From Octopus sinensis (Eukaryota), in NCBI RefSeq assembly GCF_006345805.1, contig NC_043000.1:162564001-162628000 (forward strand): a DNA stretch of 64,000 bases. Reading direction: 5' to 3'. The notes beneath the pieces are model-generated. The model was not told where the DNA came from, made no database searches, and worked only from the letters and a program-made list of their open reading frames with translations. Below are positions 1 through 13,797 of this stretch, piece by piece. Within the stretch, counting starts at the first letter, position 1. The number at the start of each line of letters is the position of its first letter. The position numbers and the translations under genes are program-made.

Positions 1-370
1 AGTTTCGTTTGTTGAGCAGTGGTTGTGCTACGTTGTGAAAACTTGTGATAAACCTTTGGATGTTGGTATCTGACTCATATGCACTGTTTTAAGCATTTTA
101 AGTGTTGGACGTTGATTGTGGCGAGTGTGTAATTTAATAAATGGGTTGTCTTATTGCGACTGTATAGAAAGTGAAATGTGCCAGTTTATTGTGTTGTGGC
201 ATCGAACAGCGATTATGTGAGAGTGTGTATTCCGTTATGTTGATGGGACATTGGATTTGAACAGAATATGTTGTATTCTATGTTTGATAAGCGATTCCGT
301 AAAATCTCAATGGCATGTATTGTATTATTGTATTGGCTGGTTATTGAGTTAAGCAAGAATCGAGAATATA

Positions 371-486
371 TGTGTGTTTGTGTGTGTGCGTGCGCGCGTG
401 TGTGTGTGTGTGTGTGTGCGTCTGTGTTTCTCTCTGCATGTGTTTGTGTGTGTGTGTGTGTGTGTGCGCGCGTTTGTGCTTGTGCG

Positions 487-520
<34 letters not shown>

Positions 521-575
521 CGTCTGTGTTTCTCTCTGCATGTGTTTGTGTGTATGTGTGTGTGTGTGTGTGTGA
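371..575. repeat. Compound (TG)n microsatellite with a ~40-bp internal duplication
   Basis: TG runs; GCGTCTGTGTTTCTCTCTGCATGTGTTTGTGTG occurs twice (~418 and ~520). Explains the overlapping VCVC/HTHT ORFs. Confidence 0.95.
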
Positions 576-660
576 GCGTAGGAATGTCATAAAAGGTCCT
601 AAAAGGTCATGTACGCATATACATCTTTATCTGACTAATAATTGTATGTTTGAGAGAATG

Positions 661-694
<34 letters not shown>

Positions 695-3009
695 GGTGGG
701 GAGACAGGCAGGGGAGATGATGGGAGTGGTAAGTATAAGTTTACACAGCTGTCTTTCCCTATAAAAAATTTAAGTTCAAATATTGAGCTGAACTCATCAA
801 CACGCTTGACATCATTATGCTACACGTCTAATCACAAAATATCAATTTTTTTCCGGTGAAATACAGTGACCTCAGCAGGGATTGCTTCTGAGACACGCCC
901 ATGCATCTCAGACAGGATGTAGGGAACACTGGCACCTTCACTTCATTATCATTATCATACCCCCATTCTGTCTCTATTTCGCTGTTTCTCCTTTCAAATA
1001 CATATACATTCATTCATGCTACTTAATTTATTAGTATTTTATTTGAATGAAAGGAATAAGTCAACCATAACGTAATTGAAACCCGGAACTTCTGCGGTCT
1101 TGGAGTTGTATACAAATACGATGTATTCATATGATATTTATGTTCCAATTATTTTTGTATCCCTCACTAGTTAACAAGGAACAGAAATTAACTCGTTTAT
1201 ATATAAACTGACTGAAACATAGTGTTAGTAAATATATGTGTGAACGGAAACATTTATAGCTTTAGGATCTGAAAGTGCTTAGTTTTCTTTTTCTTACATA
1301 TTTCCAGCATTTCAGATATGATAGTTTGTTAGTTTGTGCGAACTTTCACACTCGGATGCATTCATATGAAATCAATTAAGTACCGGGATTTAGTCGGTTT
1401 GGCTTCCAGCATCAATTCTGTTCGAATTGATCTCATATTCAGTGTAATGATAGATTTTTATTGGTTAATGAATAACGTGAAAATCATTTTCGCTATAAAT
1501 CAATAAATAAAGAGTTATTAGCAATTAAATTTTGAAAACTTTGGTAATTTTAGCCAATCGTAAGCCAGGGACACATTCATGCGTTTCCATAGTAACAAGC
1601 AGAACATGAAAACTCTTTTGTCTGCGAGAAAGCACGTATTGACAAATATATTGTTAGCACTTGTTTTATCTACTTGTTTGACAATTGAGCATGTGAATTT
1701 ATGTAGCACAGGAGATGTGAAAATTGTGATTTGTTCGAGAAATTGACTGAATGCACTTTTAACTTTCGCTTTCAATGAACTGGTCAAAGAATGTTTGTTT
1801 TTAAAAAATATTTCATTTGTAATGTGCTATTTTGTTTTTAGATAAATATTTAAAGTTCGTGCTATCGCATTAGATGCATATTGAATGCTTAAAACTACAA
1901 AATACGTGTTTACTCTTTTTGGGGGGTTTGTTAACCCGAAAGATTGTAATCACACTCAATAAATGGAAGCTACGTGGGCCTCTGTAAAGCAAGGTAATAA
2001 CGCTGTAGTACTCACCATTCTATGGTGGATTCATATATCTGTGAATTCATGTGGCGCAGGAGATACGAAACCTGTGATTTGTTTGAGAAATTGATTGAAT
2101 GTATTTCTAACTCACGTTTTTAATTTCAGAAATATTTTGTAATGTGTTGCTTATTGCATGCTTAAATATTTGTTTTTAAGTATATTTTGCTCATTTTTTT
2201 AATTTTTAAGTATAGTTTCGTATCTAACATATAAACGTGAATATCTTTTAGAACATTGTCATCTTATAAGATTTTGCTGGCAAATTTTAAAATTAACATA
2301 AATATATATTTACATGAAAGGAAATTACAGGAGAACTTTCACCTAATTCTTTGAAATGTTTCTGTCAAAACTGTATCGAAACCATTTGTAGGAATGCTAA
2401 AAATAACAGCTAAATAACGTTTTTTTTATATAAATCTTTAAAGTTCATGTTATCGCATTAAATGCATATTGAATGCTTCAAACTACAAAACACGTGTTGT
2501 TTACAAATGTTGACAACACGTACTATTTTCGGGATGCTGACGGCACAATGTGCAGTCACGCACAAAATGACAGCTTCCAAATCCTGTTTACTGACTTTAA
2601 ACCTCTATTACATTTTGGAAACATTTTTCTAGAAAAAATGAAATTACTCCAGCAATTCAGCTTGTGCCAAATTTGAAAATATTCGATCAATTTTAATTTT
2701 TGAAATGCTCGCCGCCAAACAAACCAGATCCAAGTACCGTTATAAATACCAAGAGATAACGTGTTCTTTCGATATAATATTTTCAAACTATATCAATCTA
2801 AAATATACACCAGTTTTTTTTAACGAACAATGTTGGCATAGGGTCGATATTTATAGAAGAATGGCATGGCGGACTCAATGCCCACTTTAGATCATGTAAC
2901 TTTATAATTTCTGATTTTATCGTGTACGCCGATTTCGCTTCTCAGTTTTCAGTAGTACCAGTCAAGTATTAGTATCTATATAGTCGACTACACAATCATA
3001 CACTCTATA

Positions 3010-3295
3010 GATTTGGTAGATGGAAACTGAAAGAAGCCCATCGTATATATGTATATATGTCTATATATATGTATGTGTGTGTATGTTTGTGTGTCTGTGT
3101 TTGTCCCCCCCAACATCGCTTCATAATCGATGCTGGTGTGTTTACGTTCGCGTAACTTAGCGGTTCGGCAAAAGAGACCGATAGAATAAGTACTGGGCTT
3201 ACAAAGAATATGTCCTGGGGTAGATTTGCTCGACTAATGGTGGTGCTCCAGCATGGCCGCAGTCACATGACTGAAACAAGTAAAAGAGTAAAAGA

Positions 3296-3297
<2 letters not shown>
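3010..3297 (+). mobile_element. tRNA-derived SINE (OR-like family), 5'-truncated
   Basis: Matches the full copy at 9186-9696: GGAAACTGAAAGAAGCCC, internal (TA)/(TG) tract, 3' tail GGTGCTCCAGCATGGCCGCAGTC..GACTGAAAC, AAAAGAGT repeats. Confidence 0.85.
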
Positions 3298-3355
<58 letters not shown>

Positions 3356-3413
3356 GAATGTATGTATGCATGTATGTATGTATGTATGTCTGTTTGTATG
3401 TATATGTTATGTA

Positions 3414-3920
3414 TAAGGTGACTGAAAAGTAACTTCCTATTTTAAAATACTTATAAATTATTTATTAATCGTAATTTTTGTCGCCAATTTTTTGTGTTCT
3501 TTGAAGTATGAGAATTTAATCTATAGTCGTATTGTTCTTGTCGTTCGTGGATAGCTGAATGCTCATTTCTTCAGGAGATGGATGGGTCGTTGTGGTCCAC
3601 ATGAGTGACCATCCAGGAGTCCCGACTTAATACCCAGTGACCTCTTTCTTTGGAGTTGATTAAAGGAGCAAGTTTACTGTACAAAACCAAAGACTTTGAA
3701 AGACCTTGAAGGGCGAATGCGAGAAGTCAGGTTTTCTTCCATCTCACAAGAGTTTTTTGAGAAATCAGTTGACGCAATTCCTAGGCAACTGAAGACGCTA
3801 GTGGCGACATCTGGAGCCCACATCGAGTTTTTGTTGTAAAAAATTTTGAGTTGTAAAAGTTACAATTAATAAATGATTTATAAGTATTTTAAAATATGAA
3901 GTTACTTTTCAATCACCCTG
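3414..3920 (+). mobile_element. Non-autonomous Tc1/mariner element
   Basis: ~45-bp TIRs (AGGTGACTGAAAAGTAACTTCCTATTTTAAAATACTTATAAAT and its near-perfect inverse) with TA on both sides. Interior translates to PSRSPDLIPSDLFLWS*LKEQVYCTKPKTLKDL, the WPPRSPDLNPxD-type C-terminus. Confidence 0.9.
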
Positions 3921-5342
3921 TATATGATAAATGCTGACGTCCTTGGTCACTCTGTTACTTCTAACAAATATTAATATAATATATTTTGCTTTTGCATTTG
4001 GTTTGCAAGAATCTTGATGTGTATTCGTGTGTTGAAACAAATCTTTTGTGTTAGGAAGGTTATTACGTCAATGGTAATCATCATGTACAATAGTAATATA
4101 CACGTACATACATGCATACATATATGCACACACAAACTTGCATACATATATATCCACACACGAACATGCCGGCGCAAACACACAAATATGCATACACGCA
4201 TACACTACATGTTGCGCATGACCTTGAAGTGCCTGCAATTTATGGAACAGAAATATTTCCCCAGTGAAAATAACCTAATCATGTATCCTTTTATCTTTAA
4301 TATTCCTGTGGGTCATATTTAAATCGTTAGAAGTCGTATATGGAGTAAGAATTTATTACTAATACTTATTTCAACAATTCGTTGAAATATTCATAGCGGC
4401 TACTGTCTCCATTGGCCAATTGTTAGATTGGGCACAACTGTTAAATATACACATATATACATATGAAATATCGGAACCATGTGTGCAGTTTTTAATGCAT
4501 TGGACCATTATAGCAGAGAGAACTTATATACAAGTCTGTTTGTAGTGTTAGATATAGGTTAAGGGCTAGTTATGTTTATAGCAAATTTCTAAGCAAATAT
4601 CAAGCTTCTTTTATATCTACAGATTTTTGAGTAGTTTATTTTGCTGAGAGCACATGACTTCTAACTCAGAAACAGAGCACATAGTTTAGGGAGGAAAAAC
4701 ATTGTAGACGGTATCGATCTCATTATTTGACTTGTATTTATAGAAAAAGGATGAAAGGAAAATTCACAATATCGGAATGTAAAACGTTGTAAGTAAATAT
4801 TGCCAAATATTTTGTTCACCACTCTACTCGTGTAATACCGATGATTAAAGATGGGGAAAAGTTGGTTTTGGAAAACGAAGTTTATCCTATCGAGAAAGGA
4901 TGCTGCTGTATTTAATAATACGAATGTACATAACCAAGTTTTGTGCAGTTTGTCAGAGGGATGCAGCATGATGTAAAACGTATCGAAGCAATCAACACCA
5001 CATATCTGTACAAAAATTTACATTGATCAGTTATACTCATAAAAGCAATTATGATAAACCAACCACAGGTTTCTATCTGGTCAACTGGCCAGTTAGGAAT
5101 CGAAGACAAATTTTCGTTAAATTACAGTCTATATTTTAGAAAATGAAGAACATGTTAGGAATGTAATACTATGTACTCTTAAAAATATGGAATAATCACG
5201 GCTAAAATCTCTTTGATTATATATGTCTACTCGTGCAGAATTTGACCTGATGTTAACGCATTAACAATCAAGAAGGATGCGTATATACATTATTTACATT
5301 ATTTACAATTGACGGATATTTGTCCTCATCTTGTTTGTTGTT

Positions 5343-5388
5343 AACACAACGTTTCGGCTGATATACCCTCCAGCCTTCTTCAGGTGTC
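5343..5388 (-). ncRNA. Minimal type I hammerhead ribozyme motif
   Basis: Minus strand GACAC-CUGAAGA-A-GGCUG-(10 nt)-CAGCC-GAAA-CGUU-GUGUU: stem I 5 bp, stem II 5 bp, palindromic AACGUU in place of stem III, GUU cleavage triplet. Confidence 0.8.
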
Positions 5389-5446
5389 TTGTGGAAATTT
5401 CGAACCTGGGTTCTCATTCCTAAGCTATTTTTCAATGTCGTTGTTG

Positions 5447-5532
<86 letters not shown>

Positions 5533-6063
5533 GAGTGAGAGAGCAGTTCATGTCATCAAAGTGACACTGGGGTAAAATATACGAAGCCCAATATACCCAT
5601 CATGACTACCCGTCTGATAAGGGTACACCAGGCACATGCATCACAACCATATATGCGCGACATGGTGATCTCATATCAAGATAAACAGCACATGACCTTG
5701 CAGGTGGGGCCCAGTTAGAAATTTCTTCAGGTTGAGTAGCCCATCCCGCTCAAAGGGTCCCTGAATAAGGGTTGTTTAAGGATGTTGAAAGAACCACCCA
5801 TGTTTCCAGAGGTCAATTATTCAAACCCCAAAGAATCCCTCTCAACACATGGCTATGATGCTCCCCCACTACTTCTGCTCGTGATCAGAGATGCACATAT
5901 CGTCAGCCACTAAGGGACATGCTCAACTGGTTAAGGTCAAACAACTGACATGCAAATCTGTGGTATTGAGCAGAATATTTGCTGTAGCCCATCTTTTATA
6001 CCAAGACAAAACAATGTACATGATAACACTTCCAATCAGTTAAGATCAGAAGATATGAGAGCC

Positions 6064-6510
<447 letters not shown>

Positions 6511-7664
6511 AAACAACAACATCGAAAAATAGCTTAGGAATGAGAACCCAGTTTTGAAATGTTTGCGATTGTTTGTTTTAAGAACAGAATGACTACAACG
6601 AATGTCTTCACAACCAAATTGCCGTAACTATTGAAGAGACCAATGTATATGTTCTAACACGACTTCAAACTCAGTTTCTTTAAAAATATATTAAAGTCGA
6701 GGTAAAAAAAAACATCTTTTGTGTCTGCAAGTGTGTACAAAATATTTTCAGGCGTGTTTAAAAAAAGAATTGACGAATTTCATTATATAATCGCACACAT
6801 GGGAGACCATTTATTTAAACTTCTGTCAGCTTATATTTAACAATGTATATAACCATGTATTCTTGTCATTGTTAATTAGAGGTTAAAGTGCATGGGATTA
6901 AATTACAATATGCAATTTGATTATTCCGGGAAATATAGCTTTCTCTATTCAGTATACTAATTTAGTGTGTACTTACCATTTGAGGATGGTTTTGGTGTCT
7001 TTCATTTTTATAAGTTTTACAATCCTGTTTTTACTTCCAGGCTCCTCTTTGAAAAACAAAGAGAAATTAACTGCAGAGACTATAGCCTCATTGTCATTCA
7101 TATGAGATTGCTATTTCCCGACAGACTTCTTTTTCATGAATCACTAAAGTAATTATTGATAATTAATGGCCTACATATATACATACATACCCGCATACAT
7201 AAAACAGATACATGTGTGTACATATGTACATGTATCTATGAATTCATCCACTCACATATAAATGTCCAAATACGTGTGTAAGTTATAAATAAGAAACGCT
7301 GTCTAACGAAGAACATGTCTACACTGTTATAGAGACATCTTGATCTTGTAGACCTATCCATTCGAGGCCAATTATTGAAAGAAAGCCAAATATCCACCAA
7401 CACAATTTGCCAATCTTTATTTATGTCTATATAAGTGTGTGAGAGTTAGTTTCCCACTTTTGCTCTTGTTCGTTTCTTAGTTATTCTCTCTGTCTTTGTC
7501 ATTTATCTTGCAGCTTGTTTTGTTACTTTTCTCTTTTATTCTATGGTAAATACGCAGCGCTCTTCCTCAAACACATTAACTTTAAAGAATTTCTTTATTA
7601 GAACAATAGGTTACTGGAACATCACTGAGGAATTCACACACGCACACAAACACACACAAATAAA

Positions 7665-8423
7665 ACTGACATCTCATTTTAACAAATATATTTACCGATA
7701 TTGCATAAACATATCTTTAAATGCCTTCAACCACGACCTCCATTCGACTTCTGGACGGTCTCCTTGCTTAAGTTGGTAAATGCTTCCACAATCCTTGCCT
7801 TCAGTTCATCGTTGGTGTCACAAATAGTTTTGTTCGTTTCTCGCTCAACAGCGCTCCACACATAGTAATCAAGAGTGTTGCAGTCTCGAGAGTAGGGTGC
7901 CCAGGTGTTAGGGGTGATAGGGTCGTAGAAATTGTCTGACAGCCATGACTGAGTTCTCCTGCCTGTGTGGCATGCTGCAGAGCCCTGTTACCAGGCATAG
8001 AGTTTTCTAGCAGCCACCCTCTTGACCCGGGGCAGCACTACCTCCTCCAGGTACTTGATCTAGGCCTCCTTGTTGAATCTGAGATCGTGTGGGAAGATGA
8101 ATAGAGGCATAACATCACCATCACTAGTCATCACTCGAAACACCATGATGTTGAATGGATGTTTGATTCTTACCACTCTTGGTACATTCACTGGCCTCAG
8201 ATTGACGCCCACACTCTCTGAAATGTTCGTATTGGATCGAATGCCAAGCAGTACAGCATGTCGTTTCCAAATTTCTGGCAGGATGAATTACGTCATGGTG
8301 CTGTTTTTCTCACAGACTGTGCCCAACTGCTCCTACTATACTGTGAAATCGACAAAATCAAAAACTTATAAGCATTCCGAAATAAAAAATATAAAATGGC
8401 GACAATTTACCCATCGCACCCTG
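7665..8423 (-). mobile_element. Tc1/mariner (maT/DD37D-like) deletion derivative, copy 1
   Basis: Terminal ACAATTTACCCATCGCACCCTG shared with the 38137-39008 copy. Frameshifted remnant reads QQxSAPCH..QSWLSDNFYD..DCNTLDYYVWSAVERETNK. Confidence 0.85.
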
Positions 8424-8470
8424 TGTGTGTATGTATGTGTGTGTGTGTGTGTGCTTGTGTGTGTGTGTGT

Positions 8471-8507
<37 letters not shown>

Positions 8508-9185
8508 CATGTATATATCTGTGTGTGTGTATGAGTGTGTTTGTATTTGAGAAAGAGAGAAAAAGAATGAGATAAATCAATCTGTTATACAACGCTATGC
8601 AAATTTTAAAGTACTTGGAAAGTATTACTTTATAAATATAAGTTTATTGGTGATATTTGTGATAAAACACCATATTTCAAATTTTCAACGGAACAAAACG
8701 AGGTAGACATTGATCTCTTCGAACGACATAGTTTCTGAGTAGTCAAAAGAACACGATTGAATAAATTTGGAAACTGGATTAGAAGACTGTGTTTCATATA
8801 TATCTTCCAATATGATGACTATGAAGTATCACTTGTAATAACATCAGGCCTCACTTGATTCAAGCTGGCTGTTGGTGGTCTGTTTATGATTTTTATTTAT
8901 ATGCATTGACATTATACAACGGAAGAGTAAGTTATTAAAGTTATTTAATAAACAGAAAACTAACATTGCATATGGTCATAAATACTAGTAAGAATATAAT
9001 ACAGAAGCATAAGAATTAAGCTCGATCTCGTCAAAACTACAATGCAAACCTGTAATCCGTTGTATATATTTGGAATAACCGTTGTAATATGCCATCTTCC
9101 ATTTCTCTTGCTAAAATTCGTTTTTGTAAACTTCATAATTCCTGTTGATACAAGGGATGCATATGTACGATACTTTCTCAGCATA

Positions 9186-9363
9186 GGCGCAGGAGTGGCT
9201 GTGTGGTAAGTAGCTTGCTTACAAACCACATGGTTCTGGATTCAGTCCAACTGCGTGGCACCTTGGGCAAGTGTCTTCTACTATAGCCTCGGGCCGACCA
9301 AAGCCTTGTGAGTGGATTTGGTAGACGGAAACTGAAAGAAGCCCGTCGTATATATATGTATGT

Positions 9364-9446
<83 letters not shown>

Positions 9447-9696
9447 TATGTGTGTGTGTGTGTGTGTGTCTGTATGTTTGGGTGTCTGAGTTTGTCCCCC
9501 CAACATCGCTTGACAACCGATGCTGGTATGTTTCCGTCCTCGTAACTTAGCGGTTCGGCAAAAGAGACCGATAGAATAAGTACTAGGCTTACAAAGAATA
9601 AGACCTGGGGGTCAATTCGCTCGACTAAAGGCGGTGCTCCAGCATGACCACTGTCAAATGATTGAAACAAGTGAAAGAGTAAAGCGTAAAAAGAGT
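9186..9696 (+). mobile_element. Full-length tRNA-derived SINE (OR-like) with internal microsatellite
   Basis: tRNA-like head GGCGCAGGAGTGGCTGTGTGGTAAG..GGTTCTGGATTCAGTCC (A/B-box-like), GGGCAAGTGTCTT body, (TA)n(TG)n, LINE-like 3' tail. At least 6 related copies in the window. Confidence 0.9.
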
Positions 9697-10584
9697 ATTT
9701 AACCACACATATACAAAAAGGGACAATTATAACATGTTATGTTATGCTATGATATGTTATATTATAAATTATTCTGCAATGCAAAACTAGCCAGGGAGAT
9801 ATTTTAATATATGCTAACAGTGTTTATTTTCGAGTGTCTATTCACTTTACTTCTTGTTTGTTTGCATATGTGTATCTTATTGTATATCAGAGTAAACAAA
9901 GTGAACGAAGATTACAAGCAACACAATACAGAAATAAGATATTGAAAAGAAAAAAAAAAAACCCTTCTCAATAATGATATCAACAATAATAATAAGAAAA
10001 ACGATAACAATAGCAATAGCTGTTGAGTATGTCTGCACTGAATGGAATTCATGTGGGAGTTGATGTTATTGAAGACTAACACACAACAAATGATAGCGTC
10101 ACTACATGCAGAACTAATTCTGAACGTTCCATTTATTTTATTTAGATTTTGGAGTCAGGCATACATTCACAGAATGTCATCTGTAGTTCATTTTTAAACA
10201 GACGGCTTGACGGTTTTTGCTTCAAAAGCTATGTGTATAGTTTAGAGAAGCTTCGTCTTCGGATAGGATATGGTGAAGAGTGTGGTAGGGCGGGTGAAGA
10301 AAAAAATGTAGCTGGAGATGGAGAGGGTGGAAAGATGAGAAGAACGTTGGATGAAAAGGTGAAGAACGAATGTGCTGAATTTTCTGTAAGAAAACTTGAC
10401 GTTATTCATCACTCAAACGTCATATCGCTCGCGAAGCTAAATTCAAAGGAAATAAAAAAAAAGAAGAAGTATTGAAAAATTGTAAGAAAGGAAGACAGAA
10501 ATATAAAAAAGAAGAAGAAAAGAAATTGATTTCTGAATCAATTCTTCTGAGATTTGATTGAGACTGAGTGGATAGCAAAGTTTT

Positions 10585-10707
10585 GTATATATACATATAT
10601 ATATATATTTACTTGGATGCAAACATTCATAAAATAGATATATGCATATATATATATATGAACATATATAAGTATATATGTATATTTATATATATACATA
10701 TATATAT

Positions 10708-10784
<77 letters not shown>

Positions 10785-10811
10785 AATATACATGTATATT
10801 TATATATGTTC

Positions 10812-10844
<33 letters not shown>

Positions 10845-11110
10845 TATATATTATATATGTTCATATATATATATATTATCGAATGAATGTATGTTCATCC
10901 CTTAACTGGAGTTTTTTCCTTCGATTTCTACATCTTTTCTTCATACTAGATAAATAATAAATAAATAAATAAAATACCTTACTTTAGATTTCTTTTTTTC
11001 TAAATTTCGCATAGTTATGAAAGCTTGTATTGAAATAATGTATATATACATATATATATATATAAATATACATGTATATTTATATATATATATATATATA
11101 ATATATATAT

Positions 11111-11196
<86 letters not shown>

Positions 11197-11350
11197 TATT
11201 ATATATATATATAATATATATATATATATAATATAATATATATATATATATAATATAATATATATATATATATATATATAATATATATATATATGTATAT
11301 ATATATATGTATGATTGTATGTATATACATATACATATATGAATGTATAT
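10585..11350. repeat. Degenerate (TA)n low-complexity arrays
   Basis: Long interrupted TA tracts. Similar blocks at ~12780-13150, 17510-17650, 28570-28870, 48000-48950, 53000-53280 and 56820-57600. Confidence 0.95.
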
Positions 11351-12837
11351 TTTCATATGTGTGCGTGTGTATGTGTGTACATGTATATATAGGACGTGTA
11401 GGCGTGTGCGTAATTTGTTTAAAATTTCCCCATAAGTTTTTCAATAGATACTGAATTATACCTTTTAAAGTACATCCGAGCATCCACATGCTACATACAC
11501 AGGCTAACATATAGACATATATCACCTTTTAAAGTTATCTCTTTAGATAACTTTAAAAGACACTAAAAAGTTTTGATGTTTTGTGTACTGATTCTCTTCT
11601 GAAGAATTCCTGACATATGCTCATACACCTATAACCTATATTCCGATCTTAGATCATATTGTATATGAAATGTTGCGGTTCTCATTGCTGGCTCTAATTT
11701 CTATAGAAAATCTGTAGAGAAAATTTTAAAAAGTGCTTGAATCGCACTGCTAACACAGATTGGACACAGCATTGACTTAAAATACTTCTATATATGTCTG
11801 AAGCGGGAAGACCAAGAATGGCTTGAAAGTCATAACAAATAACATCACTAGGTGAGACAAGCTGACACTGAATTAGCTTCGCTGATTGACAGGTGACGGT
11901 CTCGTTTAGAGAATGCGTGGGCTAAGACTACGCGCCCTCATTGGTCAGTTAAAGTTGAGACAGTGTCACGTGACAACTTGCTGGGGCTGCCTGCTGGAAC
12001 TTAGCAGCAAGTATTTAAAGGGAAATTTGACATGTCAGTCAATCGCCGGCTGACACTCGTTGACGCTACGTCGAAGAGGCCAGGGAACAGAAGAAAGAAG
12101 AAGAAAGAAGTCATGCACCAAACACCAGAGCTGAAGATACCTCCGAAAGGGGGGCCCCGCCATGTCAAAACGGTAGAGGAGTAGGTTTATTTATTTACAC
12201 TTTTCATGTATATTTATCTCAAGTACTTATTATATTTATTCTAATTTATTTGATATTTCCTTGTCTTGGTGTGGTTCCTCCTGATGATGTCTTGAGCTAA
12301 CTGGATCCTATATAGGAGCTGTTGTGGTAGCAGACCACGAAACACGTTTGAAATTCCTCGCAGTACGTTATGGTTGTATAACGAAATATTATATCCTTAC
12401 CAGCAATTAATACGTACCTGTTGACAGGAATGTGTTTAATTTGTAAAACTGGTACATCCAACTGTATTACATCCAACGGTATTTAAACAATGCGTTTCGG
12501 TATGGTTAATTCGCTGAAGGAGGAGCAAGAAATCCTTAAATATGCATATTTTTTTTCACTCAGTTGCACTGTTTACATATATGTATTCGTATACATAACT
12601 TTTAGTGGTGGCTCTAAGTTTTATAGAAAATCTATAGAAAGAACATTAAAAAGTGATTGAATCGCACTGCTTACACAGCTGGCATACAGTATTGACTTTA
12701 ATATAGATTAATATAAATGCTTGTATGTTATGATAGTATAACAAAATATGGTGTTCCTATCAGCAATTAATGTGGATATATATGTATTTATATATGATAT
12801 ATATATATATATGACATATATATATATATATTATATA

Positions 12838-12879
<42 letters not shown>

Positions 12880-13087
12880 TATATAAATATATCACTATAC
12901 ATATATATATATATATATAGCTATACACACACACACACACACATATATATATAAATATATAGCTATATAGATATATATAATATATTATATGATATGCAAT
13001 ATATATATGTGTGTGTGTGTGTGTATCATAAATTTATATAATACAATATAATATACTATATGATATGCAATATACATACATACATAC

Positions 13088-13125
<38 letters not shown>

Positions 13126-13223
13126 TATATATATTATATATATATACATGCATGTATATGTTTTATTATGGGTATGTACCCACACCTGTATAAGTATGTA
13201 TGTAATCTAATATGTATCACATA

Positions 13224-13350
13224 ATCTCCGAGGAGGCCTTAGGATATTTTTGTAAAGGTCTCATTTATAACTACATATTGACCTACCATAAATGGTTAAT
13301 ATAGGTAAAATGAGACATACTTATCTACATGGCCGAAACAGTTGTAAGAT
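13224..13350 (+). ncRNA. Type I hammerhead ribozyme motif with extended stem II
   Basis: AUCU-CCGAGGA-GGCC-(92 nt, internally paired)-GGCC-GAAA-CAGUUGU-A-AGAU. Stem I AUCU/AGAU, GUA cleavage triplet, core U4 is C. Confidence 0.75.
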
Positions 13351-13701
13351 GTAGTCAATGTTTATATTTATATGTACTTATATTTACATTCTATTATACG
13401 TATTCTACTTATCGTATAACATTACACTTTTATGCACACCCCTTTATGTACACTGTTTTGTTCTACATTATTATGTTTAACCTTATAGTTTCTTAGGTGG
13501 TGGTTTAATAAAGTATGTGGTTGAGTAATATCTGGTAATTGATATTTGATTTCGATGTATTTCTCCATTTTCTTATTTTGTATTATGAATTTGTGGTAAA
13601 ACATTTTACCTTTGCCCATATAATACAGTAAATGAATTAGTCGTATCGCAATTCTTAACATTTATGTATTAACTTTGTTGGGTACTTCACTAGCAGTACA
13701 T

Positions 13702-13734
<33 letters not shown>

Positions 13735-13735
13735 T

Positions 13736-13797
<62 letters not shown>

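Noticed and set aside
828-1013. Minus-strand ORF / possible exon (SEIETEWGYDNDNEVKVPVFPTSCLRCMG)
   Set aside because: Weak splice signals (GTCACT donor), no recognisable family, phase does not chain with other candidates.
4800-5110. Cys-containing and hydrophobic translations on both strands
   Set aside because: In-frame stops and no motif I can name.
12281-12356. CTGATGA..GAAAC hammerhead-like motif
   Set aside because: Closing pair of stem II (U.C) and stem I do not pair; at best a dead relic, so not counted.
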